Source: Callorhinchus milii
Taxonomy: Eukaryota
Direction: 5' to 3'
NCBI RefSeq assembly: GCF_018977255.1
Contig: NW_024704742.1
Coordinates: forward strand, 16,866,001 to 16,930,000
Length of the DNA stretch: 64,000 nucleotides
The notes under the pieces: generated by a model
What the model was told of the DNA's origin: nothing
Database searches by the model: none
Seen by the model: only the letters and a program-made list of their open reading frames with translations
Translations under genes and position numbers: made by a program
Shown: in pieces, positions 26,788 to 39,446 of the stretch
Numbering within the stretch: the first letter of the stretch is position 1
Layout: each line of letters starts with the position of its first letter

Positions 26788-26996
26788 TAATAATAATCCC
26801 TCCAAAACCAAAAAAANCAATAATAAATTGGTCATTTTCAATCTACGACTGTTTGTGGGACATTGCTGTGCGCAATTGGCTGCTGCGTTCGCCCACAAAT
26901 ATACAGTTAATTCACTTTACAGTGTGTTTTGTGAAGCGCTTTGGGACGTCCTCCCGACGTGAAAAGCGCTATATCAAATGCAAGGATTATTATTAC
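26788..26996 (+). mobile_element. Young SINE (short subfamily), 5'-truncated
   Basis: Near-identical to 5167-5415. Confidence 0.88.
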
Positions 26997-28249
26997 TTTT
27001 ACATTTATATATAGCAGTCGTAAAACAGCAAAAGTATTTAAACACTCAGAAATGGCAGAATTTAACTAGTAAACTAATGGTGTATTTAACCCCACCTTTT
27101 AATGAAGACAAATTAAGGCTTTTTTATGGTTATAGCAAAGATTCTTTGCTTCATAAAAAAGGCCTATGGAATTTTGCTAAGATTTTATGACTTTATTATT
27201 GCACTCATAAAATTCCATCATTAACCCAACTAACTTCAAATTTCTCACTCCAAACTGCTTTCCATCTTAAATAAATGGAAGGGTGTTAGCATGTTCTTGT
27301 TTGCTACAAAAAAAATCAATTGCTTTAGACAGAAACACAGCTAACATTGGAGACAAAGTACTCCATCAAACGAGTAGCTTTTAGCTAAGGCTGTTTGCCT
27401 ATGACACACATGACTCCATCCACCAGTGCTTCTATGTCTTTATACAAATGACAATTAATCACATTAAATGTGCTAAAAGGGAAATTTACCAAAGACAGCA
27501 ATGATGATGGAAAATATAATTCCCCAGTGTATTTTCCCAACAATGATACTTTCAAACAAAGATTATAGCATGCAGCAGTAATCCACTGTGATAAATAGCC
27601 ACTTTCTTTTTCGATATTGAGTATTTCACTGTTGGGTGCAAGAAAGGCCATTAAACCTCAGTAAAATAAGGAATCACTGCACTGCCTTTTAAATTCACAA
27701 TTAGTTGGGACCTCTCATAATGTCCTTTCCTGTTTTCTATTCATTTAAAGTAAATTGTGAAACATTGTCATATTCTAATTGACTGGACTACGCAATTTAT
27801 ATCTTAAACTATTATTACTGTTAAAAAGGAGGTGAAAATCGGACATTCCATTAACAGCTGCGATAAGAATTATTGAATGTATTACTGAATCTGTTATCAA
27901 ATGTTGCATTTTTACAATTCATTTCTAAAGGTTGGTAGTGTAACTGAACCATGAACCTGGTCACAGCACAATACTGTAGTTTGCTTTTATTCTTGATTTC
28001 TATAAAGATTTTTGACACTATCTTGTCGTTTATGAGGTAGATTCCATTTATCAATCCCTGGGGGCAGCATTTGAGCACTGATTCACAGAATATCGACTGT
28101 GTAAAGTCGGTATCCTATATTTAGATGACTCAAATGGCACAGAACAATTGTTCAGATGGGAAGGAGGAGGATGATTCTAAGTCTAAGAAGGAACAGACAA
28201 AATTGTTGGATCTATTATATCAAGGAGTGGACAGTTTTGTAGGCTAAGT

Positions 28250-28480
28250 CAACAACTACTACAACAACTTGGATTTATATAGTGCCGTCCTGCCAGACGG
28301 AGTCTCAGAGTGCTTCACAATAATGGATCCCGGGGCCGAGCCAGAGAGAGATGGAAGAAGGTGACCAAAGACGCGGTTGAAAAGAATGGTCTTCAGCAAA
28401 CACCTGAAAATAGGAAGAGAGGGGGCGAGGCAAAGGGAGTGAGGAAGGGAATTCCAGAGCCTTGGGGCATAGTGGGTGAA
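28250..28480 (-). mobile_element. L2 3' end, second subfamily
   Basis: HYAPRLWNSLPHSLCLAPSLPIFRCLLKTILF; tail resembles that of 52498-53097. Confidence 0.8.
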
Positions 28481-28639
28481 GAAAGTCATCAGATACAATG
28501 ATTTTGTTTTTATTAATTCAGTTATAGTTTTTTAATTAAAAAAATGTTTGTCTGTGAATTAGTTGGATTCTGCCAAGTTGAGAAAAGAACTTTAGGTCAT
28601 ATTTCCGCTTGAGTATACTCCAGCAGGGGTTGAACCTAC

Positions 28640-28694
28640 CTGCACTGTCAGAGTAAGAATAGCTTTCCAATGGAGTTATCTCTGACAGTAACAG
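28640..28694 (-). other. Candidate 55-nt cassette exon and/or RNA hairpin
   Basis: Minus strand: TTTCTCCCCTTTTGTTGCCTGCAG|CTGTTAC...GACAGTGCAG|GTAGGT; only one open frame (LLLSEITPLESYSYSDSA). Confidence 0.3.
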
Positions 28695-29267
28695 CTGCAG
28701 GCAACAAAAGGGGAGAAATGTGCGGCTGTTTGGCATAGCACCAACCTGCCTGCTTATTGATGCTCCCATGCCTTTGATAACTTCCTGCTGCTGATACAGG
28801 GTGATCACATGCTTTGTGGTATTGTAGATTACTGCTCAGGGATAAGATGAAGACATTAATAATGGTAGCAGCACTTCTCCGTGCTTGTTGTTTGCAGAAA
28901 AACTAAGCCATGGGGTTTCTGACTGCTTCTAAATGACACTTGTAAAATATCTGCCTAATGCCTAACAACTTTCTCCATGGCCCTCACACTACTGTGTCCT
29001 CTTCTTTTTCTTTCTCCTCCACTAATACAGTAGCCTGTCAAATTTTGTGAGCACCATTCTTTTAAAGAACAATGTGTGCATTTTATGTATCACCTTATCA
29101 AAATGATTCAAAGAGTTTGCTGTCAAGTGTAGTGGGTATTTGTAGATAACACGGCAGGCAATTTGTCACAACAATGTCCCAGAAACAGTCATGAAGTTAA
29201 TGATGTATATTTTGTCTGGGGATGATTGACCAGGACACTAGGAGAAACTGCTTTGTCTTTTCAAATA

Positions 29268-29400
29268 CAGTAAAACTCACATATGTCAACTGATCTGTAT
29301 CAATAGTATAAGCCGTACATCTGCCCAAGTCCCGTTGAATTTCCTATTAAATCCACTTAAATTTGTCTGCACTCGTCATATTAAGAATCATGCAACTCGT
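29268..29400 (+). mobile_element. Possible Tc1/mariner (pogo/Tigger-like) terminal fragment
   Basis: TA|CAGTAAAACTC start and GTCCCGTTGAATTTCC internal motif; it truncates a Deu-SINE. No partner TIR was found. Confidence 0.3.
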
Positions 29401-29572
29401 AGCGCTGTTATTTGGTCCTAAAATTAATTCTGGAAAAGTTATAAATTCAATGTTAACTTGGAAATCGTTTTTCTCCCATCTTTAAAAAGAAGCTGATTAC
29501 ATATTAAGACTATATGGTAGAAGTTTGCACATGAAGTTCAGCATGATGTTAGATTTTAAACCAGAATACTAA

Positions 29573-29910
29573 CAATAATCCTCGCATTTGATACAGTGCC
29601 TTATCGCATCTTCTAGACGTCTGAAAGCGCTTCACAGAATATACTGTAAAGTGGATTGACTGTGTATTTGTGGGCAAAACATGGCAAACAACAGTGTCCC
29701 ACAAACAGTCATTGGATTGAGTGACCAATTTTTTTTTTAAGGGACTATTACTCCTGGAAAATGATCTGCCAATCAACTAACAATCAGTTCCTATTTATTG
29801 CTACGTAAACCAAAGCAATGTGGAGTAAGGAAACTTGCCTAAGGATTCGCCCCACCCGGGAATCGAACCCAGATCCTCTGCCTTGCGAGGCGAGCATACT
29901 AAGCACTGCA
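29573..29910 (-). mobile_element. Young SINE (long subfamily), antisense
   Basis: B box GGGAATCGAACCC on the plus strand, with body and tail. Confidence 0.85.
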
Positions 29911-30734
29911 AAATTGAGTGAAGGTCTTAGGTTTAGGACTAGGTAGAATACCAGGCCTCGTGGGTGTCTGATTTTGAAACACTATTCATTATTTAGCTTT
30001 CTTCACCATGGCCCTTTTGTAATTGATGCAGAATCTATGTCATAGCCTGTTGTTGAAGGCTTTGCCTTGCACACCTGCTGCCTGACTAGGATCTTGTGGT
30101 GTTTTATTTTCATTTATAAGTTTAATTCTCATAGACAAATATCTATGCAAGCAGTTAACAGCAGTGAAGAGGAGGGGAATGTTACCCTTTTATCTGAGAA
30201 GGTGACATTGAAGAGCCTGAGAGAATATTTATGTAGTTATAGGCAAAGATTATTGTTATCAATCTCATCATTGTCAGGCACAGTAGGTTCGTCTTCCAAC
30301 CCACTGTCAAGTTGTGCAAATGGAAAAAAAAGTACGCTGGTACCAGACAAAAGGGAGTGTCATCCATCAGCATCTTCACCTTCCCTGGTCATAAAGGTCT
30401 GCAACCATCTGAAAGAATCTCCATCGTGGTACTTGCAGAAGAAAAAAAGGACTTGTACTTTAGAAGTGACTTAACACATCACTATATTTCAGCACTCTTC
30501 ATAGCTACTGTAATTACTGTCAGATGTAATAGATTGTTTTTGTGGGGAGATGTGATAGCCACTTTGTATATAGCAAAGTCCTACAAACTGCCATTTGATC
30601 TGGAAGACTGTTGATCTCCAGGAAATACTTTGTTCTCTTTTCAAATAGTATGATGGATCTTTAGTGTCCAACCAGAAATAGATATTTTATGCAAGTTTCA
30701 ATACAATTTAAGGCACTGCTCAGTGCTGTACGTG

Positions 30735-31050
30735 ACTGTGCAGATCAAGAACTTACAGATTAGAATCCTGGTCTGTACTGATTGAGCTGACCTCAGCCCA
30801 GGAAATGGAGGATCACTATCAGTAGCTTCAGTGTCCCTCGGTTAAGTAAAGCGAAATTAGCCACTGATCCTTCTCCTGATCGCTCTCCAAAGACTTCTGG
30901 TAGAAGGTGCCAATGTGACGAGTAAGCTGAGATCGTTGAGCTGTGATATCCCCAGTAATTGCCTAGACACAATAATTACTGCCAAGGCTCACATATGAAA
31001 AATGGAAACTTTGGCAAAGTACCATAGGATCTCCATTGGAACTGTAACCC
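30735..31050 (+). mobile_element. Old SINE-like family B
   Basis: GAGCTGACCTCAGCC...CTCCTGATCGCT...GCTCACATATGAAAAATGG...GTACC; antisense relative at 36510-36900 and a weak one at ~58890-59060. Confidence 0.5.
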
Positions 31051-32129
31051 TGTTATAATGTGCCCCTTTCCCACAGCACTGGGTTGGCTTATAGGATGTG
31101 TGGCCTATAGACACATGCTTAGCTTTAGCGTGTGGACCAGCTGGCTTCCCACATGCTGAAAATGACTGACTTCCAGATCTTAGGAAACTACATCAGCAGT
31201 AAAGCCATTTTAATTCCCATATGCACAAAAATAGCTAAATAGTCAACATTGTCCTGGTCCAGACGTGGGTCATTACGTAGAAAGCCAGCTGGTTTTCCGT
31301 GCTTATGTGTTGTGAAAGTGGAAGCGCTGACAGGTGATGGTGCCCTACTATAACATGGTTGGGATTTGTTGACCTTCTAATGTTCATTTAGATCTGGAAC
31401 AAGCTTCTGCTAATCCTTGTAACCATTTGGCCTTTAATGCAACAGATTCCCCAGTAATGTGACTGTTTCCTCTGTAAGGTGACCATTTCCTCTTTAAGGT
31501 GACTGCTTTCTCCGAAACTAAAGGTTAGTATCCTGCTGCAACTGTTGAACAGGTAATAGGGATTTTTTCCACTGAGTGCACTTAGGGAATCATCATTGCT
31601 CACTAAGAACTAATGAAACATTCATCACTTTGTCAAAGACTCTGAACAGTGTGTCAATTACAGCAACATTCAGGGTGTTGCTGATGAGCTTGTGGTTTAG
31701 GACAATGTCAGGTTCGACCAAAGAGTCTGCTGAGACAGGTAACAGCCTGAGTATCACATCCTCGGTGAACTGTGGCAGGACATTGCCTGCCTCAGTTTGA
31801 TATCAGAACTGAAAGCTGGAACAGATTGACTAACACTCCAGCATAGACGATAACAACAAATGGCACTTATACAATGCCTTTCATGTAGGATAATGTTTCA
31901 AAGCATTTCACTAAGGCAGAGTGGGAAAAATGCACAATTTTAATAGGTTCTTAGATAATGTTTACAGCACAGAAGTAGGTCATTTGGCTCATTTGGCCCA
32001 TTATATTCTTTGACTCAGCGCAAGGTAATTCAATTTGCAGATGAAGACAAATTAGAGGAAACTGCAATCTTTTTTGATCAGCCAGGTGTCTGACACATGC
32101 AGAAACACATCACCACGCTTAGGAATATT

Positions 32130-32275
32130 CAGAGCAAACTGCTGAAAGTACCACACAGGAATGGAAATTTCTGTAGCCCGGAATGCACCTCTCCCCTGCT
32201 CACCTAATCCCAGAAAGTATCTGGCGAAGGTTGGCAAGAACCAACATTTGGGGAACCCCAGATTGTAGTTTGAAT
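32130..32275 (+). repeat. Family C fragment
   Basis: ATGGAAATT...CCTGCTCACCTAATCCCAGAAAGTA...GGTTGGCAAGAACCAACATTTGGGGAACCCCAGA. Confidence 0.55.
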
Positions 32276-32299
32276 CCAAAAAGGATAAAGGGTTGTTAC

Positions 32300-32720
32300 A
32301 ATAATAATATTTGCATGTGATAAAGCACTTTATCTCGTCATCAAAGTATCTCAAAGTGCTTCATAAGATTTACTGTCAAGTGTAGTGACTGTTGTAGTGA
32401 ATACGGCAGCTAACCACATTCCACAAACAGCCATGAAGGGAAAGATCACTATTATCTAAGGATTGCAAGGCAAGACACCAGGAAAAACTCCCTTCTCTTT
32501 TCAAGTTATGCCATGCAATTTTTAATGTACAACTGAACAGGCAGGCGAGACTTCAGTTTCATATCGCAGCTGTAGTTGAATGCCTCCAAAAATGGAGTGC
32601 ACCCACAGCACTGCATTGGAGTATCAGCTTAGTCTATATTAATTCAAAGTCACAACATGGGGCTTGAACCCACCACCTTCTGACTCGGAGGTGAGAGTGC
32701 TACCAACAGAGCCAGGCCCA
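32300..32720 (-). mobile_element. Deu-domain SINE
   Basis: GGGGCTTGAACCCACCACCTTCTGACTCGGAGGTGAGAGTGCTACCAAC (head, reverse complement), plus core and tail. Confidence 0.75.
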
Positions 32721-33139
32721 GATCTTTGCAGTAAATTGTGCAAAATGTGAATAATATACACAATTTCAAGTCAGGGAGCAGAGAACCAACCTTTTACATT
32801 CTGGCAAATATAAAATGTCACTTGCGAACAAAGTATACACAGCAATATATTGCAGTGTCAAATGACACCACTTATTACATTGATAAGGATGGCATGAAGT
32901 TGCAGTTCACACGTTCACAGGTCAATTACTCTATATTTGCAGCAGTAAGAAACCCATCTAATATTGAAGAGTTCATTAGAACCCTGTTATTATGATTTTT
33001 TTTATTGATATCAACTGACTAAGATTCATTCAAATTCAGTTTTAGATTATAATTGATCACTGTTAACCCATTCAATGCAAATCTGAGGAGCCTTCACATC
33101 ATGTTCTTTTTTGGCAACCAAACACATGCGGAAACCTAT

Positions 33140-33550
33140 CTACTTAAGAGTATCCAAATCAAACTGAGAATTCTGTTATCCCACCAAAGCATGGAAATTC
33201 TTTTCCACTGAGTGCACTTAGGATGGAATGTACTTGGAGGGATACATCCTGCTTACCTAATTCCGGAAAGTATTAGGTGTGCAGGTTGGTAAGAGCCAAA
33301 GTTTGGGGACCCCAGAGTGTCCATTGAGAGCAAGTACGACCTAAGAAATGTTCCCATGCTTGTTCTGCTAGGACCACCCTACCCATTAGGGCTTTGTTGC
33401 AGGGTTAACAGGAGCTGAGGGGGAATCATCCCTGGCCCATTGAATGGTCTACTCATCTAATAAGTCCTACTCATGAGCCAGGCTGGCTGTGTTGTCATCA
33501 GCAGCGTCCTGCAGTACTGCAGACCTGCCTGGCTCAGGAACTGGGCAACA
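33140..33550 (+). repeat. Family C, copy 2
   Basis: Collinear with 13265-13710; shares GAGTATCCAAATCAAACTGAGAATTC with 59304-59329. Confidence 0.6.
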
Positions 33551-34870
33551 GAGAAAGGATACTTTACAGGTAAGTGTACAGACCCTAGGGATGGGCATTA
33601 AATACTGTAAAAATGGCAGAATAGGCCATATCCTGAGACAGAGTAATTGCAACCCTTTTTTTCTTATATACAGTAGTAATAGATATGTTAAGACATGTTT
33701 ACAATTGGGTATACAAAACACAGAGTGAGTTTACTTTACAGTATATACTTTGAAGCATTTGTGAGGTTGTCCTGATATGAAAAGTGCTATATGAAATATA
33801 AAGGTTATTATTATTGTTAATTATTATTATGATAACTGCAGTGAGTTGCGGATTACATCATTCAAGTCTTGATATTTTTCTTTAGCTGGATTCTCTGCCA
33901 TGGGATCAGCTGGAATCTGCAATACACTATATCAATGAGCTCCTGTATTGATTCAATGACTTGACACCTTGCTTGTTTCTGAATGTTGATATGAACTGGC
34001 CAGCTGTTCATTAATTCTACACCACTGGCCATAGAGCAACAGTACTTCACTACCAGAACTGAGTGAGCTCTGCTCGTTCAGAACTTCATGTGATTAGTTT
34101 AAAACAAAAACGAAATAAACATTTCAAACTTAAATGCAACAATTAGCTTTTGAAGCATAATTTTTGGATTTTAAAATTGCAATAGTTAAATAACTAGGTA
34201 AACCTTAATACTTGCTTTAACCAGGCTTATTTACCTTCAGCCAACTGATTCCTGAGAAGACAATTGTGAGAATTCTCAAGAGGGTACTCATGCTTTCCAG
34301 ATAGTTCTGGTTGTTTGAGAGCTGATGAGGAAAGCATTCACTGCTATCAACTCTCACCAGCTGCATTCCTGTCTGTATGTGGCTTCCAACTAAATAACCC
34401 TTTCAACCTTAAGGAAGCAGCCATATTATTATTTGACTTTTAAAGATGTGCAGGTATTCTTCTGCTCCATCACCATCTTGATTCTCTTAGCATTTTTCGT
34501 CAGAGCAAAGACTACTCCAATGTTTTCAAGAATAACACTATGATAAGGCTAAATATTATAACACCAAACATTATTTTCAAAAATTGAAAACTGGGACCAG
34601 AAAAGAGAGTAGGAAATTCAGGAGATCTTTTCTTAGTAAGTGGGTAATAGGCATGTGGGACAGAATGTAGCACATGAGGGAGAGTGGAACAAGAAATTAT
34701 GAAGAGTTTCAAAACTAGCTAGATAAGTTTCTATCAACTCAGAAGTTTCACTTATTAGATTTCAAGCTAGATACATCAAAGTAACCTTGTGGAAAATTGG
34801 ATAAATAGGCTAGATTTGCTTCTGTCTGTGATTGTTACTATAGGGTGAAAAATGTGACTTGATTTGACAA

Positions 34871-35195
34871 TGGAGTCCTGTAGCTCAGTGGTTAGAGCAC
34901 TCGCTTTGCAAGCGAGAGACCTGAGTTCAATTCCAGGCAGAGGGCGAAACCTTGGGCAAGTTTCCTTACTCCACACAGAGCCTAATAATAATCCCTCCAA
35001 AACCAAAAACAATAATAAATTGGTCATTTTCAATATACGACTGTTTGTGGGACATTGCTGTGTGCAATTGGTTGCCGCGTTCGCCCACAAAAAAACAGTC
35101 AATTCACTTTACAGTGTGTTCTGTGAAGCGCTTTGGGATGTCCTCCCGAAGTGAAAAGCACTATCAAATGCAAGGATTATTATTATATTATTATT
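34871..35195 (+). mobile_element. Young SINE (short subfamily), full length, tRNA-Ala-derived head
   Basis: A box 34881-34891; anticodon arm CTCGC-TTTGCAA-GCGAG (TGC) at 34900-34916; B box GAGTTCAATTCC; no 3' acceptor strand. Confidence 0.92.
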
Positions 35196-36509
35196 AATTA
35201 TCAAACTGAAATATTGCAGTCAAACCAGTCAATAATTAAAGACTATCCTTCGGTGTGAACTTCTGCCCATTCCCCCCCCACACTGGCTAAGCTTTCCCGA
35301 GAGGCAAAACTGATTCCATGCTCCACGTGTGATAAGTCAAACAGTACCCATGGAAAGCATTACGCTGCTTCGGGCCCAACCATCATAAGGTGGGGAGGGG
35401 TGGATTCATATCCATGGGCATTCAATAATTATGGACTAGTTTGCCTGGAAAAATGTGATATGTTCCATCACATTTTTCATCCCTATCTTCCTAATACTAG
35501 CACAGAATTAGAAAAATCTGTCATTCATAACTATCAAAACTATAGACTGTTAGCTCTTCTGAAAGTACATTGGTACACTGAGAGAAACTCAAGTCTTTTT
35601 GAATAGTTTCATAGTATCGTTAACATTTACCTGAACTTGGGATGGTATCTCATCAGAAGTGCAACACCTCTGATAGTGTAGCGCTCCTCCAAAACTGCAG
35701 TAAAGTGTGAAACTAGACAACGAGTTCAAGAACTGACTTGCGGCTTGACTTTACAGCGAGACAAGGTGTACATATTTGGAGCTGGCAGTAAATGTTATTA
35801 CAAAGCTTTGAAGTTCATTCACAGTTATTCTGCATCTCTGATTCATGGGTTCTCAAAAGATAACTGAGTGCTATTACTATAATACATCCTGGGGTACACA
35901 GTGTGCTATGTCATGTGATGACACTCCATGACGCTATCCTGTGTGAAAAGCACTATATAAATGCAAGTTGTTGTTGTTGATAATTATCACCAGTGATAAT
36001 TATCAGGTCAGATGTCGCATTCTTTACACAATAATCTTATTTTCCTTAAAATAAAAGGGTTTGTTGGTAAACCCACTGCAATATATGCACTGAACGGTTT
36101 AAAACTGAGGTGATACATGTGTTGACCTATACAAAGAGTGTTTATTATTACTACTGCCAGCAATCCAGTGGTGACATGATTTTCATGAAATATTCATGGA
36201 GGAGTAAGACCTTTTTCTGAATGTCAGACTCCTGATATTTTAAAAGCTGTCAGAGTAAGATGAGATCTGCCTTTCAACAGTACTTTAAAGAAACACTATC
36301 CCTTCTGATGGCCTACACCACCTGAATTTTTATTGTGTCAGCGTCAAACTTATTCAGCATTCAATTACTCCTGTCATATTACAAAGTGTAACATTTCTTG
36401 TAATAACAGTAATGAAATGAATAGTAAAAAAAAAGCAGCTTAAAAAATCACCTTCTGCTGAATTTTGGAATAATCCCCCTGTATTTTTAGCAAAATACAT
36501 TTGTTCATG

Positions 36510-36900
36510 TTGGGGTATGAATCCCCAGGTGCCAGCTCATCCCTGGTACCTTAAGCATGGTACCATTCTTCATGTGTGACCGTAGGTATTGCACATTTAT
36601 TATCAGGATGTTCATCCATTAGAATGTCACAGCTGAGGTTGATCCTATCGTAACTTGACCGTTATACTTGTCAGCAGTCTTGTGAGCAGCAATCTCAGCA
36701 ACAACAATGTCGTGAGCAGCATCACGAACCTTGGATGAACTTCTTCCTACCTCGTCTACTGAGACCAATTGTAGCTCATCACTGCTAAACCAGCTAAGCG
36801 CAGATAATTCTGTACAGGCCAAGGATCAAGCCTTGGGGCCTGCCTGGAGTATATGCCTCAGATTGACGAGAGCTGGAATATTTACTCAGTGTGCCATTCG
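36510..36900 (-). mobile_element. Old SINE-like family B, antisense
   Basis: GGTACC...CCATTCTTCATGTGTGA...CTGAGACCAATTGTAGC mirrors 30735-31050. Confidence 0.5.
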
Positions 36901-37964
36901 GAGAACATGTCTGGAAGATATCCAGATTTAATGCTTTTTTAACTTAATTTCCACTATCCATTTCCTAATATTTATATTAACTGCTGACACGGTACTTTGA
37001 TTTTTGATGGCTTAATTCAACCCAAAATAACATGAAGCACAAAGTCCCTAGCTTTAAATGGCAAGGACAATATCATGTTCACCTTGGACTGGACATCATC
37101 TAATTCCTGCTTTCCAGGGAGACTAGCTTCATTGTCAGATTCATCATCAGGCAGTGTTTCATTGTCAGGCAAAGTCACCACAGCAAAAAATCCTGTTTGC
37201 TGGCAATCTTTCATATAAAAGCACTATCATATGGTGGAAGAATTCTGTGTGAATGTGACCTTAGCGAATTTGTGATCATGGATGAAAAGAAAGACTTAAA
37301 AAGTCATTGGCCGATTAATACCTACAAAATCTCTGCTGGGACCTAGCTGAACTGTTTAGCTTGGATTTTGAAATATCTTCTGTCCTCAGAGACCAGAGCC
37401 CCTTTTATAATTGTTATGGCTGTGAAGATTAATGGTTATTCTCCTCTAAAAAGATTTCCTCCTCTTTCCGTCAAATATCTGCAATAGCAGCACACAAAAC
37501 TGTCTCCCCTGACCCTTGCATGTGATTTTCCACTGGTGAATAAATTTAACAGCCTAGGCAATGTGAGCTTTTAATGCCATTTTCCCCCATGATATTTTCC
37601 ACTACAAAGGTTAGTAATTTTAATTGACCTGGGGCAATAACTTCTTGATCGCCTGCAACCTATTTTTAAAATCTATTTCTAATCTATATTCTCACCTTAA
37701 TAAAATTATCTGAAGCCAAACAGTTTAGCTTCCACATGCACAGTAATGTACATGCTAATTATATTCAACTCTACCTCGCTTTTCCCCTGAATTCCAGGAC
37801 TGTTGCTGTTCCAACCAAATTCCTGTCAGTGATCAAACTCTAGGTGAGCTTTACTTCAACAAAACTAAAGATTACTTATCTCCATCACCTTCTCTTCTCT
37901 GACTTTGTCTTCATCTACTTCCCTGATTGCTCATTCCAGCTAAACAAATTAATGTTCAACCTTA

Positions 37965-38140
37965 GTTGGCAAACACGCAAATGGGGAGCTTAGGAGAAAT
38001 GTTTTCATGTCCAGAATGCTTAGGATATGAACTGTCTTCCAGAACAGTGGTTAAGCTTTCAAAAGGAAACTACATAGATATCTAAAAATGAAAGTAAATT
38101 ACAGGGGTAGGGGTAAGGGCAGGTAAATAGGACTGAGTCA
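37965..38140 (+). mobile_element. CR1 3' fragment
   Basis: CTTAGGAGAAATGTTTTC...GGATATGAACTGTCTTCCAG...TACAGGGGTAGGGGTAAGGGCAGG, similar to 57170-57330. Confidence 0.55.
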
Positions 38141-39446
38141 GCAATAATAAAATAGTGCTTTATCACGTCTTTGAGGCATCTCAAAGTGCTTCACAGAATA
38201 TACTGTAAACTGAATTGACTATATTTTGCGGCCAAAATGCGGCAGCCACAGTATATATTCTGTATTGTGTTTATGACAGGATAATCCTGCTGTAATGCAA
38301 TTGTCTCAATCCAATGGTCAATTTCCAGGTCGACAGATCGATAATGACATTACTTCCTGTTCTTTGTGCACATGGCTTCCAGTGCAAACAAAAGGACGAC
38401 TTCCACATTGGTGGGTCTCTAGTGATATCACTTTCTGCAATCTGCACATGTGCACAATGAGCAGAAGTGCTGCTGATATCACTTCCTTTGCAAAATGCTC
38501 TCAATGACACTTCTAGCACAATTCATCTATGTGCAGCACAGAACCTGACCATCCAGCTGCCAGAAGCTGGATAGTCCCTGCCAGAGACCAACAGCTGGTT
38601 CACAAGGCACCTGGCTAAGTGAACCTAGCTTTTAAGGGATTTCTCTGTATATCTGTCCCTTATGCCTTAGGTCGTCCTCTTGATGTGAAATGTGCTATAC
38701 AAATGTAATTTTGTATTGGAATATTTTGTATTATATATATATTCCACAAACTTTAGTTATTACAATATATATTTTATACAATACGCTTATATAATATACC
38801 TTTCACATGAAGCCCACTATATATACACATATTTTGCCCACAAAATACACACATGTCACATCACTTTACTATATATCCTGTAAAGTGCTTTGAGATGTGT
38901 TGATGATGTGATAAGATGCCACAACAAATTAAAGGTTTATTAGCCCATATGGTATATTCCATAATAAACGTACAGAGCTTTTGCCCTTGAACTATTTTGT
39001 TGCCTATCATCTCATAAAGACAATCAGCTGGAGGAACAGTTCTATCTGGAAGGGTTTTCTTTGGAACGCTTTAAATAATAAATAACTTAACTGCAGAAGC
39101 TTCATGCCAAGATCAAGTGTGTATGAATCCTCTGAACTTTTGGGGATAATATTCTGTGACATGCAGGAGGGACATCATATTCGGAACATAGTTTAACCGC
39201 GGAGCTGAGTATTTAATCTTTTCATTGATTCAGTGAAACTAGAGTGTCATAGCTTCTTTTATTATAATTCCACATTTCAACTTTCAGTATATCTCCCCCT
39301 CTCTCTGGAATGCAATCATGGAATTCCTTTGACTCACCCCTTCCCTCACCTCCTTCAAGGTTCACCTCAAGACCTTCCACTTTGACCATGCTTTGACCAT
39401 CCTCCTAATGTGAAAGGCTTTATACCAAATGCAAGGATTATTTTCA

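Noticed and set aside
26817..26817. Single N base
   Set aside because: Assembly ambiguity in a SINE A-run.
31390..31800. Possible very old LINE RT on the minus strand (FRVFDKV, IKGQM)
   Set aside because: Too degraded to support without a profile search. The same applies to the purine-rich blocks at 15700-16050, 16900-17660 and 30170-30470.
34318..34360. Hammerhead ribozyme (CTGATGAG...GAAA)
   Set aside because: There is no stem II between CTGATGA and GAAA, only a simple hairpin. Other CTGATGA hits (20212, 31681, family C minus strand) lack the GAAA and stem context.
34871..34940. tRNA-Ala gene
   Set aside because: The 3' acceptor strand is missing and the sequence continues into the SINE body, so it is a SINE head.
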